64,000 bases of DNA, taken from NCBI GenBank assembly GCA_027345565.1, contig DAHWIF010000008.1:1-64000 (forward strand), given 5' to 3'. Positions 8,528 to 17,597 of the stretch are shown one piece after another. A model generated the notes under the pieces. It saw only the letters and a program-made list of their open reading frames with translations. It was not told where the DNA came from and did not search any database. This DNA is from Candidatus Micrarchaeota archaeon (lineage in GTDB: Archaea; Micrarchaeota; Micrarchaeia; Micrarchaeales; Micrarchaeaceae). Position 1 is the first letter of the stretch. Each line of letters opens with the position of its first letter. The position numbers and the translations under genes are program-made.

Positions 8528-8980
8528 TTAGCTCAAACGAAGGTATTCCCGGAGCTTCTTTATTACCTCATTGTCGCTCTTGTGCCTCAGCACCCCTGCG
8601 GACTTTGCTATCGGAACGACCCTGTACCTTGATATCTCACGGTTTAGCCTTATCCTGCGGACATCCGACATCGCTATTCTCGATATGAAGTAGGTTACCC
8701 TCTTTCTCGCATCCCTGCCGTCTTTCCTGTAAACGTATTCCTTGACCGCTTTGAAGCTGGTGTCGATTTTAACATCAAGGCCTATCTCCTCCCTTATCTC
8801 CCGCTTAGCTGCTGCGATCTCGTCCTCGCCCGGCTCTAGGTGCCCCTTAGGGCCTATATCGAGGACCACTGGCTTCGATGGTCTGTGGTAGAACTTGTTG
8901 TTCTGCTCAAGGATAAGTATGCTTGGCGCTCTCGCGTCGGTTATCAGTACTATCGCTCCCGCAGAGCGCTCAATCGCCAT
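8528..8980 (-). CDS. Nudix hydrolase (Ap4A hydrolase-like)
   Basis: ERSAGA, PKGHLEPGEDEIAAAKREIREEIG Nudix box. Confidence 0.85.
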   Translation of the reverse strand: MAIERSAGAIVLITDARAPSILILEQNNKFYHRPSKPVVLDIGPKGHLEPGEDEIAAAKREIREEIGLDVKIDTSFKAVKEYVYRKDGRDARKRVTYFISRIAMSDVRRIRLNREISRYRVVPIAKSAGVLRHKSDNEVIKKLREYLRLS

Positions 8981-8997
8981 TCGCTCATCGTGCTTGA

Positions 8998-9504
8998 TCA
9001 GACCCTTCTTCCGCGGCGTCCACCAGGCCTCTTTGTCGTGTCAGTTGGTATGGGCGTAACATCCTCTATCTTATTGACTATGAGACCGCTCCTTGCCAGG
9101 ACCCTGACGACTGCGTTCGCGCCAGGCCCAGGGGTCTTCGCGCCGTGGCCGCCAGGCGCCCTTATCGATATGTTGATGTTGGTTATCCCCTTCTCTTTTG
9201 CGGCCGCAGCCACCTTGTAGGCAGCCTGCATCGCAGCGTACGGCGATCCCTCCTGCGAGTCTGCGTTCACCACCATACCGCCGCTGCCTACAGCGAACGT
9301 TTCAGAGCCACTGAGGTCGGTCAAAGTTATTATCGTATCATTCTTCGAGGAAAAGACGTGCGCGACAGCGATCCTCTCTGCGTGCGGCTTGATCTTCGGC
9401 TCCTCCATCGCCTTGGCTTCGTAAGAGACGTCCTTCGCCTTTGTTTCCTTCTTCACAGCCTGCTGGGCCTGCTTCTTCGCGTCATCTTTCTTAGCCATGA
9501 TCAT
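8998..9504 (-). CDS. rps11: 30S ribosomal protein uS11
   Basis: [32 protein letters not shown]. Confidence 0.97.
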   Translation of the reverse strand: MIMAKKDDAKKQAQQAVKKETKAKDVSYEAKAMEEPKIKPHAERIAVAHVFSSKNDTIITLTDLSGSETFAVGSGGMVVNADSQEGSPYAAMQAAYKVAAAAKEKGITNINISIRAPGGHGAKTPGPGANAVVRVLARSGLIVNKIEDVTPIPTDTTKRPGGRRGRRV

Positions 9505-10094
9505 CCCTCAGCGCTTTGCGGCTCTCCGGCCTGCTGCGCACCGGTAGCTGCCTCTCCATCTGCAGTTGGAGGCGCTGCCGCGTAGGTTGCAGCCGGTGAC
9601 CTTATCGCTTGCACCTGTATCTGTATGGGCTTATAATACCCGACCGCTTTCTCCTCTTCCAGGCTCACCATGTAGCCCGGCCTGTTGACCTTCCGTCCGG
9701 CTATCGATATGTAGCCATGGGTTATGAGCTGCCTCGCCTGCTTCATGGTCCTGGCTAGCCCTTTACGCATCACTATCGACTGCAGGCGCCTCTCCATGAA
9801 TACGCGCTCGTTGAGGTCCAGCAGGTCGTCAAGTGTGGCCCCGTCCTTGACTATGCCGAACTTGACCAGCCTTGCAATCATCGCACTCTCGTAATCCTTA
9901 GTGCCTGCGGTGCCGGAGAGGAATTCCCTCGCATTCCTTCGCACCCTTCCCACGCGCGTCTGCGCGATCCAGACCTCCTTCATGTTCTTAAGCCCGTACT
10001 CTTCCATGAGAGCGTTGTCAGAGGATATCCTATCGGAGCTCCAGATGTCCTTTGGCTTCTCGAATTTCCTTCGGTTCCTCTTAGCAGATCCCAA
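9501..10094 (-). CDS. rps4: 30S ribosomal protein uS4
   Basis: [21 protein letters not shown]. Confidence 0.97.
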   Translation of the reverse strand: MGSAKRNRRKFEKPKDIWSSDRISSDNALMEEYGLKNMKEVWIAQTRVGRVRRNAREFLSGTAGTKDYESAMIARLVKFGIVKDGATLDDLLDLNERVFMERRLQSIVMRKGLARTMKQARQLITHGYISIAGRKVNRPGYMVSLEEEKAVGYYKPIQIQVQAIRSPAATYAAAPPTADGEAATGAQQAGEPQSAEG

Positions 10095-10098
10095 TCAA

Positions 10099-10758
10099 TC
10101 ACTTCTTAGCTGCGGGCGCCGGCGCTGCAGCGGCTCCGCCCTTCTCCTGTTGAGCAGCCGCGAGCTGCTGCTTTGCCGCCTTCTTCATAACTCCGACCGT
10201 CGCACCAGTCCTGCCGGTGCTCCTCGTGTGCTGGCCGCGCACCTTCTGGCCATGCTGGTGCCTGTAGCCGCGCCATGCCCTTATCCCGACATCGCGGTTG
10301 ACATCCTGCCTCACTGCAAATGTGAGATCGCTGCCTATCAGGTGCGAATCGACTCCGCTGTCGGGGTTGTTCCTCCTGTTTGTCATGTACTTCGGTATGC
10401 CATGCTTCACGGGGTCGTTTATCACCGATTCTATTGACTCTATCTGCTCCTCGCTTAGCGACCCCAGCTTGGTGCTTTTCGGTATGTGGAATTCCTTTTC
10501 GACGACAAACGATACGGAATGGGCGAGGTTGCTGCCTACGCCCTTTATCTGCATCAGCGCCCTCTCAAGGCCGAGCTCGCCGTTGATGTCCTTGCCTCCC
10601 ATCCTTATTATCGAGGTGGCTGTCTTCTCATGCTGCGGCTTCGCCTCTTTCTTGTGCTGCCTCGGCTGAGAAGGCGGCGCTGCCTTCGGCTGCTCATTCT
10701 TCTGGGCTTCCGCCTTCTTTTCCTCCTTGGCTGCTGGTGCAGCTTGTTCGTCCGCCAT
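10099..10758 (-). CDS. rps13: 30S ribosomal protein uS13
   Basis: IKGVG, WRGYRH, VRGQHTRSTGR. Confidence 0.97.
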   Translation of the reverse strand: MADEQAAPAAKEEKKAEAQKNEQPKAAPPSQPRQHKKEAKPQHEKTATSIIRMGGKDINGELGLERALMQIKGVGSNLAHSVSFVVEKEFHIPKSTKLGSLSEEQIESIESVINDPVKHGIPKYMTNRRNNPDSGVDSHLIGSDLTFAVRQDVNRDVGIRAWRGYRHQHGQKVRGQHTRSTGRTGATVGVMKKAAKQQLAAAQQEKGGAAAAPAPAAKK

Positions 10759-10773
10759 GTTAAGCACTTAAGA

Positions 10774-10888
10774 CGCCAGGGCTGGGATATTCAGCTCTAA
10801 GGCATTTGAACCCAGACGGCTCCGAAGAGCCATACGCTTTCAGGAAAAATTTCCAGGCGTACGCGTTACCGGTTTCTGCCACCCTGGC
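10774..10888 (-). tRNA. tRNA-Ser(GGA) with two introns (37/38, 12 nt; 59/60, 17 nt)
   Basis: GCCAGGG/CCCTGGC acceptor stem, long variable arm, TTCA/TGAA BHB in the T-loop. Confidence 0.88.
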
Positions 10889-11152
10889 ATCTATCTATAT
10901 TATTCGCAACCATATTTAGAGGTTGTGATAGCCAAAGAGCTGACTTACGAGAGTATTGATGGATTAACGTTTAAATAGGTATCTATCGTTAGTTGAACCG
11001 AAAGGGAGGGCAGCCTTTCCGCTATGTAATCCCGTAGGCGGGATGGTTCAAGTTTGGCTATGTTTTCGAACCCTCCTGACAGGGAAGTGGCAGTTTGGTT
11101 CTTTACACTACCGCTACCATTACGGAGCTCATCTATATAAGAAAATAGGCTT

Positions 11153-11227
11153 CGGGTCTGGGGGGATTTGAACCCCCGACTTACAGGTTAAAAGCCTGCC
11201 ACTCTAGCCAAACTGAGTTACAGACCC
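11153..11227 (-). tRNA. tRNA-Lys(TTT)
   Basis: Cloverleaf GGGTCTG...GCAGG CT TTT AA CCTGT...TTCAAAT. Confidence 0.95.
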
Positions 11228-11268
11228 ATGGCTGATGTGATGATATTCTCTGTGAAGGATATAAAGCT

Positions 11269-12963
11269 TTAGACCCTGCTTGCCATGACCACTGTCTGCT
11301 TGTTCTTCGGCCTGTCAAGCCCCCATCTTTTAACCTTCTCAATGTCGACCTTGTGTTTCTTCGCTATTCTCTCCACAACCTTCATCATCGACCACCCGCC
11401 CAGGTAGATTATCCCAGCAGTGCCGTTCTTCACCAGCGCGTTGCCCTTGCTGTCCCTCCTTGCGTCCCTCATCGCCATCTTCGCCAGGTGCCTGTAGCTG
11501 GCGTAATAGACGGACATCTGCGCCTCGTCCAACGTTATTGCTGAGAAGGCCCTGTTCTTTATGAGCCCGAGCGGAACGTTCTGCATTGGCGTGACGGTGA
11601 ACTCGAACGGCCTGTCCGTGCCGTCTATCTTCGAGTCGCTCATCCAGTTTATCAACGCAACCGTGTCCCAATTATCTTCCGGGGTCTCGACCATCTGGCC
11701 AACCTGCACCGTGAAGGCAGGCCTCCAGTAGTACTTATTGAGGTTGTTCGTCCCCTTCCACACGATCTCCTGCCATGTGCCGTCCGACCCTATCTTCAAC
11801 GGCAGCGTCTTGTTCGGCATGTGCTTCTGCGCCAGCCTGTCGCTGCCAGTCTCCACCCCCACCTGCACGCCTATCCAATTTGATGGCGACGCTGCCACTA
11901 TCCCGGACAGCTTCTGTATCAATTCCGGGTACGCAGCCGGTATGGAGATCCTGCCGTGCGTCGGATTCATGGTCCTCACCCCGGGTATTGATTTTACGTA
12001 TCTGAACATATCCACAAGCGCCTCCTGGTTCGGCTCGAACTTCGCGTTGAGGTGCTTGTATGCGAATACCTCGTCCGTCTGCAGCCAGACGTTGGTCATG
12101 CCACCCTGCAAGTTCACCTTCGCCTCCTCGCCTATCCGCTCCGGCGAGTAGTATCTTAAGGGCCTCAACGTAACCTCGCAGAAGTCGCAGCCTATCCCGC
12201 AGCCCCTCATGGTCTCCACAAGGCCCATCATCGCAGGCCTTACTATGGTCGGGAGCTCGTCAAGCGTCGGAGCCCCCTTTGTCAGGCCCAGCTTCCTTGA
12301 GAGGAACTTGCTGTGATCATGGTAGCTCTTATGGAACTGCATGTCATAAGAGATGTATCCGCTTGAAAACAGGTTAGTGTCGATATTGCCGGTCGAGAGC
12401 TGCTCGAACACCTGCCTTGCAATGTCATCGCACTCCCCCTGCACCGCATAGTCTATGTTGTATGCCTGCAGCGCATCTGGATCTATGGTAAACTCCCAGA
12501 CGCCAGGGCCGCCGACGACCAGCTTCGCCTTCTTGCCAGCCCTGAGCGCGTTTATCTTCCCCATCAGCCTCTCCCACTCAACCTTTACCCAGGGCTTGTG
12601 GTTCACACCGAACAGCACGTTGTATGACATCGTCAACGGCCCCGTACCCAACGGGTCCATGGTCGATACGGCTATTATCTCTGTGTCATCCTTAATGAAA
12701 TTGGCGAGATAATCCTCATGCGGCACAGCTATATCCTCACGCCTTACGCCTGCCTTCAGTAGCGCCGCCTCTAGCTTTCTTATCGAATATGCTGCGAACC
12801 TCGCCTCTCCGTTAGGCAAAGCCGCATCCTGCGGCCCCTTGAGGAAGTAGTAGACTGACTTCGGCACGATCTCCGATGGCGCGCACGGCAGGAAGGTCAG
12901 CAGCGGGAAGTGCCTATAGTGCGCTACCAGCGTCGAATCAGATATAAGAACATATTTTGTCAT
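11269..12963 (-). CDS. B12-binding-like radical SAM protein
   Basis: RGCGIGCDFC (CxxxCxxC), VGGPG, GVETGS. Confidence 0.9.
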   Translation of the reverse strand: MTKYVLISDSTLVAHYRHFPLLTFLPCAPSEIVPKSVYYFLKGPQDAALPNGEARFAAYSIRKLEAALLKAGVRREDIAVPHEDYLANFIKDDTEIIAVSTMDPLGTGPLTMSYNVLFGVNHKPWVKVEWERLMGKINALRAGKKAKLVVGGPGVWEFTIDPDALQAYNIDYAVQGECDDIARQVFEQLSTGNIDTNLFSSGYISYDMQFHKSYHDHSKFLSRKLGLTKGAPTLDELPTIVRPAMMGLVETMRGCGIGCDFCEVTLRPLRYYSPERIGEEAKVNLQGGMTNVWLQTDEVFAYKHLNAKFEPNQEALVDMFRYVKSIPGVRTMNPTHGRISIPAAYPELIQKLSGIVAASPSNWIGVQVGVETGSDRLAQKHMPNKTLPLKIGSDGTWQEIVWKGTNNLNKYYWRPAFTVQVGQMVETPEDNWDTVALINWMSDSKIDGTDRPFEFTVTPMQNVPLGLIKNRAFSAITLDEAQMSVYYASYRHLAKMAMRDARRDSKGNALVKNGTAGIIYLGGWSMMKVVERIAKKHKVDIEKVKRWGLDRPKNKQTVVMASRV

Positions 12964-13044
12964 TGCAGGACCTCCGTTGATGAATTGTATATGCTACTGC
13001 GCAAAGCAACTCTCTGTATAATTTGGCGCAAATGTTTAAATAGG

Positions 13045-13359
13045 TTATTTTGCATCATCAAAAACCTCCCCGAAAGACCTGCAGAAGTACACCAGAGCAT
13101 GGCTCAAGCATCTCCTGCCGTGGGCTGTGAGCGAGTAGGTTATGATCCTGCCGCTCCTTGAGCCGTTAACTATGTTGGCCATCCTTAGCTCCTTCAGCGC
13201 CGGATACAGAGTGCCGGCTTTCGGCTTCTCCCCCCTTCTTTTGGCTATCTCCCTGGCTATCTCCTCGCCGTGCATCTTTCTTTTCGATAGCAGCCACATT
13301 ATCTGGAAGGAGAGCATGCCTCGCATGTCGCACCCGTACTTGTACCCCATTTCAACCAA
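13045..13359 (-). CDS. PadR-family regulator
   Basis: MHGEEI, GTLYPALKEL, YSLT..G. Confidence 0.88.
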   Translation of the reverse strand: MVEMGYKYGCDMRGMLSFQIMWLLSKRKMHGEEIAREIAKRRGEKPKAGTLYPALKELRMANIVNGSRSGRIITYSLTAHGRRCLSHALVYFCRSFGEVFDDAK

Positions 13360-13437
13360 TTACATATAGGACAACCGATATATTTAAATATTTGCCGAAC
13401 GTAATATATGATGTCCTATATAAGGACAGGTGAAAAA

Positions 13438-13632
13438 ATGCGAGGATATGGAAGATGCGGATGTGGCAGCGGCGGAGGGTGCGGATGCATGTGCGGAGCG
13501 TATGAGGATGCAAGGAGCTTCCTGACAAAGGATGAGAGGATAGAGGTCCTGTCTGAGTACAAGAAATCTCTGGAGCAGGAGGCAAAAGGCATAGAGGAGA
13601 GGATACAAGAGCTCAAGAAGAAAGGCAATTGA
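13438..13632 (+). CDS. small Cys/Gly-rich coiled-coil protein (DUF5320-like)
   Basis: CGCGSGGGCGCMC followed by RSFLTKDERIEVL coiled coil; GGTGA RBS; divergent from padR. Confidence 0.7.
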   Translation: MRGYGRCGCGSGGGCGCMCGAYEDARSFLTKDERIEVLSEYKKSLEQEAKGIEERIQELKKKGN

Positions 13633-13744
13633 TTATGCACAGGCGGCGCGCGCAAATTTGCGCCGCCGCGCCTATCCGTCCCCAAACCTTGTTTATGAGG
13701 AACATTTTTAAATAGGCATACCTATAGGTATTACTGGCGATTGT

Positions 13745-13882
13745 ATGGAAGCGTATTGCGTTAAGTGCAAGCAGAAGAGGGAGATGAAGGACGCAAAGCA
13801 GGTAACAATGAAGAACGGAAAGAAGGCAACTACCGGGTCCTGCCCTGTATGCGGCACGAAGATGTTCAGGATAGGAGGCTGA
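13745..13882 (+). CDS. small Zn-ribbon protein DUF5679 (missing from the ORF track)
   Basis: MEAYCVKCKQKREMKDAKQVTMKNGKKATTGSCPVCGTKMFRIGG. Confidence 0.88.
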   Translation: MEAYCVKCKQKREMKDAKQVTMKNGKKATTGSCPVCGTKMFRIGG

Positions 13883-13924
13883 CCGTCAGATTGGCGGTGG
13901 TCCGCCTTACCGTTAGGGCAGGGT

Positions 13925-14320
13925 ATGAGGAATAAGGGAGTCTTTGGCTACGAGTTGCTGCTCGACTGCTACCACTGCAAGCCAGAGGTTTGCGGGGAAC
14001 TGGACCATTGCTACAGCTATCTTGACAAGATGGTCGACTTCATAGGGATGAAAAAGCAGGCCCCGCCATCGATATTCAGGACAGACAGGAAGACCTTCCC
14101 GAGCAAGGCAGGGCTGAGCGGATGGGTGCCGCTTGCAGATTCATCGATAGTGATACACACGATGAGCGTGAGGAACTTCATATCGATAGACGTATACAGC
14201 TGCAAGGAGTTCGACCCGAAGAAGGTAATCGAGTTCACTAGGAGGTATTTCGCGCCAAAGAGGATGGACAGGCGGTTCATACTGCGCGGGAAGCGCTACT
14301 TCGCCGGCCAGACAAAATAA
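13925..14320 (+). CDS. speD: S-adenosylmethionine decarboxylase proenzyme family
   Basis: LLLDCY.C, GLSGWVPLADSSIVIHT, IDVYSCKEFD. Confidence 0.8.
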   Translation: MRNKGVFGYELLLDCYHCKPEVCGELDHCYSYLDKMVDFIGMKKQAPPSIFRTDRKTFPSKAGLSGWVPLADSSIVIHTMSVRNFISIDVYSCKEFDPKKVIEFTRRYFAPKRMDRRFILRGKRYFAGQTK

Positions 14321-14393
14321 ACGCAGCGTTTGGACGCGGGGAACCTGCCCGACCCAACTTACGGTTTTTAACAGGTATTGCGATCTGATAACA

Positions 14394-14915
14394 ATGATAC
14401 GCTACATCTCATCGAAAAATGCGAGGATAATGTTCGTGGGGATAAACCCGCATTATGGGTCGTACAGCCGCGGTGTCCCTTTCTCGAATAACAAGATGTT
14501 TTGGTACCTGCTGTGCCGTGCCGGCATAATAAACGAAGATGCCGATGACCTGAGAGACGATGTGAAACTGAAGATGATATATGAGAACAAGTTCCGGCAG
14601 GTATACAATCTTAATTTCACGAACATAATATCAAGGCCATCGCGTGACGTGTCCCAGTTGAAGCGCGGCGAGGAGATCGATGGCAGGAAAAGGATACTGC
14701 GCCTGATATCTGCGAATAAACCAAATGTCGTCTGTTTTATAGGGAAGGTCACTTACTCGAAGTTCATAGGCCATGGCAATTTTAAATTCGGTTGGCAAAA
14801 CGACATTTGCGGCTCGAGGGTATACGTGATGCACTTTCCGATAAGAGGCAGGGCGCTTGTCAGGGTGAGAGAGCTGAAGGAGATAGATAGGGCGACGACG
14901 CATGCCAAGAGATAA
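14394..14915 (+). CDS. mismatch-specific uracil-DNA glycosylase (MUG/TDG family)
   Basis: MFVGINP, N.FW.LL..AG, FTNI..RPS. Confidence 0.82.
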   Translation: MIRYISSKNARIMFVGINPHYGSYSRGVPFSNNKMFWYLLCRAGIINEDADDLRDDVKLKMIYENKFRQVYNLNFTNIISRPSRDVSQLKRGEEIDGRKRILRLISANKPNVVCFIGKVTYSKFIGHGNFKFGWQNDICGSRVYVMHFPIRGRALVRVRELKEIDRATTHAKR

Positions 14916-15426
14916 GCCACAGGTCTTTACCATAGGCCATTCTACGCGTAAGTTTAGCGAGTTCGTGAAGATACTTGAAGCGTACGAAATAGAAGAGGTG
15001 GTGGATGTACGCACTATACCGAGGTCGAGGGCCAACCCGCAATTCAACGAGAAAAGGCTTGCTGCGGGACTGAAACGGCACCGTATACGCTACATGCATA
15101 TGAAAGGGCTAGGCGGCCTGAGGCGACCTTCTAAAGATTCCGTAAATACGTACTGGTATAATGCATCATTTAGGGGCTTTGCGGACTATATGCAGACAAA
15201 GGAATTCAGAGATAACATAAATGCTTTGATGAAGGCGGCGAAAAGCCGGCGCTTGGCCCTGATGTGCGCAGAAGCTGTGCCCTGGAGATGCCATAGATCG
15301 TTAATAGCCGACGCGCTCACGGTAAGAGGGATTATGGTAAAGCATATTTTCAGCGCTACAAATGCGAAGGATCACGAGCTCACAAAGAGCGCAAAGGTAA
15401 GGAAGACGGATATAGTTTATAAATAA
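14902..15426 (+). CDS. DUF488 family protein
   Basis: TIGHS, VDVR..P.SR, LMCAEAVPWRCHRSLIAD. Confidence 0.9.
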   Translation: MPRDKPQVFTIGHSTRKFSEFVKILEAYEIEEVVDVRTIPRSRANPQFNEKRLAAGLKRHRIRYMHMKGLGGLRRPSKDSVNTYWYNASFRGFADYMQTKEFRDNINALMKAAKSRRLALMCAEAVPWRCHRSLIADALTVRGIMVKHIFSATNAKDHELTKSAKVRKTDIVYK

Positions 15427-15573
15427 TACCCGTATTGCCAAAGTGCGCTTAATGGACAACGTGGCACGTTACAGCAAAGGATAATCCTGAAGCGCATCAC
15501 CTGATGCACAAGATGTGCGTCAGGCACATCTCCGAAAGAGGGATTTAAATAACTTCAAATTAATGGTTGAATT

Positions 15574-16023
15574 GTGAGTTATATGGCTGGCCAGGACTAT
15601 ACGGTTACGATTTTGGTGGATAAAAGCCCAGAAGAGGTCTTTAGGGCCATCAACAATGTCCGTGGATGGTGGGATGGGAAAATCGATGGGGATACTGACA
15701 AACTCGGCGCTGTGTTTACGTATAAGTATGAAACTTTTCACAGTTCCAAGCAAAAAGTAACAGAGCTTGTGCCAGGTAAAAGGGTAGTCTGGTCTGTGAC
15801 TGAGGGCGGCCCAAAATTTACAAATGACAAAGTTGAGTGGAAGGGAACAAAGATTATATTCGAGATATCGAAGAAGGGCAGTAAGACTGAGATACGCTTT
15901 ACCCACCAAGGTCTGATCCCTAGATTAGAGTGCTATGACAGTTGCAGTAATGCATGGGGCTCTATAATAAGCGGCAGTCTAAAAAGTTTTATAACAACTG
16001 GTAATGGGAAGCCATTACAATAG
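15574..16023 (+). CDS. SRPBCC/AHSA1 (START-like) domain protein
   Basis: PEEVF.AI, VTELVPGKRVVW, EWKGT, C...W. Confidence 0.88.
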   Translation: MSYMAGQDYTVTILVDKSPEEVFRAINNVRGWWDGKIDGDTDKLGAVFTYKYETFHSSKQKVTELVPGKRVVWSVTEGGPKFTNDKVEWKGTKIIFEISKKGSKTEIRFTHQGLIPRLECYDSCSNAWGSIISGSLKSFITTGNGKPLQ

Positions 16024-16051
16024 GCACTATGGAGTATAACCTGAAGCACAT

Positions 16052-16123
16052 CGCCCGAAGCAGGGATCGAACCTGCGACCTACTGGTTAACAGCCAGTCG
16101 CTCTACCACTGAGCTATTCGGGC
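16052..16123 (-). tRNA. tRNA-Asn(GTT)
   Basis: GCCCGAA...ACTGG CT GTT AA CCAGT...TTCGATC. Confidence 0.95.
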
Positions 16124-16162
16124 TTATTCGTTTTGTGTACAACCATTTTAGAGCCTTTCTGT

Positions 16163-17023
16163 CTAGTGCCTGAAGATTAGGCTTATCAGGTACATCACGG
16201 CGTAGACCGGCTCGTAGACTATCGGGAAGGCGGTTATGCCGCTCCCTGTCGCGTAGTAGTCGTTCAGCAGCGTTGCTTGGGTTACTATCCTTACGCCGCT
16301 TTGCTTGTATATCAGCGGGCTGGCGACGGACTTGACGCTGATGTTGACATTGTATACACCGGGTTCTCCCAGCGTGACAGGGTAGGTGAAGGTCTCAGTA
16401 GTGTGGTGCAGCGCTATCACGCTCTGCGTTATGTTGTATGCCGGCAGGCCTGACAGGCTTATGAGGAAGAGGCTGTCGGACACCCCGGTATTGTTGATCG
16501 AGACGTAGATGTCGATAGGCGAGCCAACACCGACGTACGCCGTGCTGGGAGATACGCCGAGCTTGAAGACATCCGGCGTGACATTCACCTCTGCCACGAA
16601 CCTTAGCGCACCTAGCTTGGAGTAGTTGCCTACGTTCACGGCCGTCAGGTTGAACCGGTATGTGCCATTGGGAGCTGTAGCGGCCGGAGTTATCTTGACC
16701 GATAGCGTGGGGTTGTACAACGACGAGTTCTGCGCTATCCAACCATGCGGCAGCCCGGTCACGACTAACTTGTTCCATCCCAGGTTGTTTATCGCTCCGG
16801 TGCTGTTCGTCGTAGCCGCGGATATTGTGATGTAGAACGTCTGCCCGGGTCCGTCCTTGCCTATGTAGACCATGCTGTTCTGCGCATATACGGTAGTATT
16901 GAACGGCTGTATGACGCGCACGTAAGACGCGCTCGCGAGCTGCGGCAGCATCAGTGCAGCTACCATGAATATGAGAGCTAGCTCAAATACTGTGCTGATA
17001 CGCAACCGATCACTGAAATCCAT
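16163..17023 (-). CDS. secreted Ig-like protein with C-terminal membrane anchor
   Basis: Signal peptide (ASA), beta-rich repeats (GTYRFNLTA, INNTG), hydrophobic C-terminus. Confidence 0.75.
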   Translation of the reverse strand: MDFSDRLRISTVFELALIFMVAALMLPQLASASYVRVIQPFNTTVYAQNSMVYIGKDGPGQTFYITISAATTNSTGAINNLGWNKLVVTGLPHGWIAQNSSLYNPTLSVKITPAATAPNGTYRFNLTAVNVGNYSKLGALRFVAEVNVTPDVFKLGVSPSTAYVGVGSPIDIYVSINNTGVSDSLFLISLSGLPAYNITQSVIALHHTTETFTYPVTLGEPGVYNVNISVKSVASPLIYKQSGVRIVTQATLLNDYYATGSGITAFPIVYEPVYAVMYLISLIFRH

Positions 17024-17046
17024 TCAATCATTAGCTATTTAATTAT

Positions 17047-17595
17047 TCAAGTATAGGAGGTGCTGAACGATATCACCTGCTGGTCGGTCCTGTATGTGCT
17101 AGGAAGGCCCGAATACGTGTAATTCAGCCACACATAGCCTATGAACGTGGAGCTGAGCGGCCCAGATGCCGGCGCGTTGCCAGGCGCATCGTAGCAGTAG
17201 ACGCTGAACTGCGCAGGCATGTTGGAGAACAGCACAGTGCCAGGCGTGAAGCCGTTTGTAGGATAGTAGCTCGACGCTCCTATCATCTGCACATTGCCGT
17301 ACCTTGGCCCCACCCCGGTGCCGTTCACCTCGCTGGAGCAGCCTATGGCTGTTATCCTTATCGAGGATCCGATAGACTGCGATAGCAGGAACGTGAATGT
17401 GCCGTTAGACGCCATTATGAACGCTGCGCACGAAAAAGACGGTGCGGCGTTGCAGTACCTCGGCGCGAACTGTGGGGAGAACACACCGAGCTCGAATATC
17501 AGCGCCACTGTGACCGCAACCACCACTATCACTATCCCGTAAGACGTTAGGAAATCGATGGTTGACTGGGATCTTTTCGCACGTCCTTTGGCCAT
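17047..17595 (-). CDS. class III signal peptide pilin-like protein
   Basis: RAKRSQSTIDFLTSYGIVIVVV, CNAAPSFSC. Confidence 0.75.
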   Translation of the reverse strand: MAKGRAKRSQSTIDFLTSYGIVIVVVAVTVALIFELGVFSPQFAPRYCNAAPSFSCAAFIMASNGTFTFLLSQSIGSSIRITAIGCSSEVNGTGVGPRYGNVQMIGASSYYPTNGFTPGTVLFSNMPAQFSVYCYDAPGNAPASGPLSSTFIGYVWLNYTYSGLPSTYRTDQQVISFSTSYT

Positions 17596-17597
17596 CT

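Noticed and set aside
11028-11101. Permuted or split tRNA reading of the 11-kb RNA
   Set aside because: An acceptor-like hairpin exists but no T-arm or valid anticodon stem could be built
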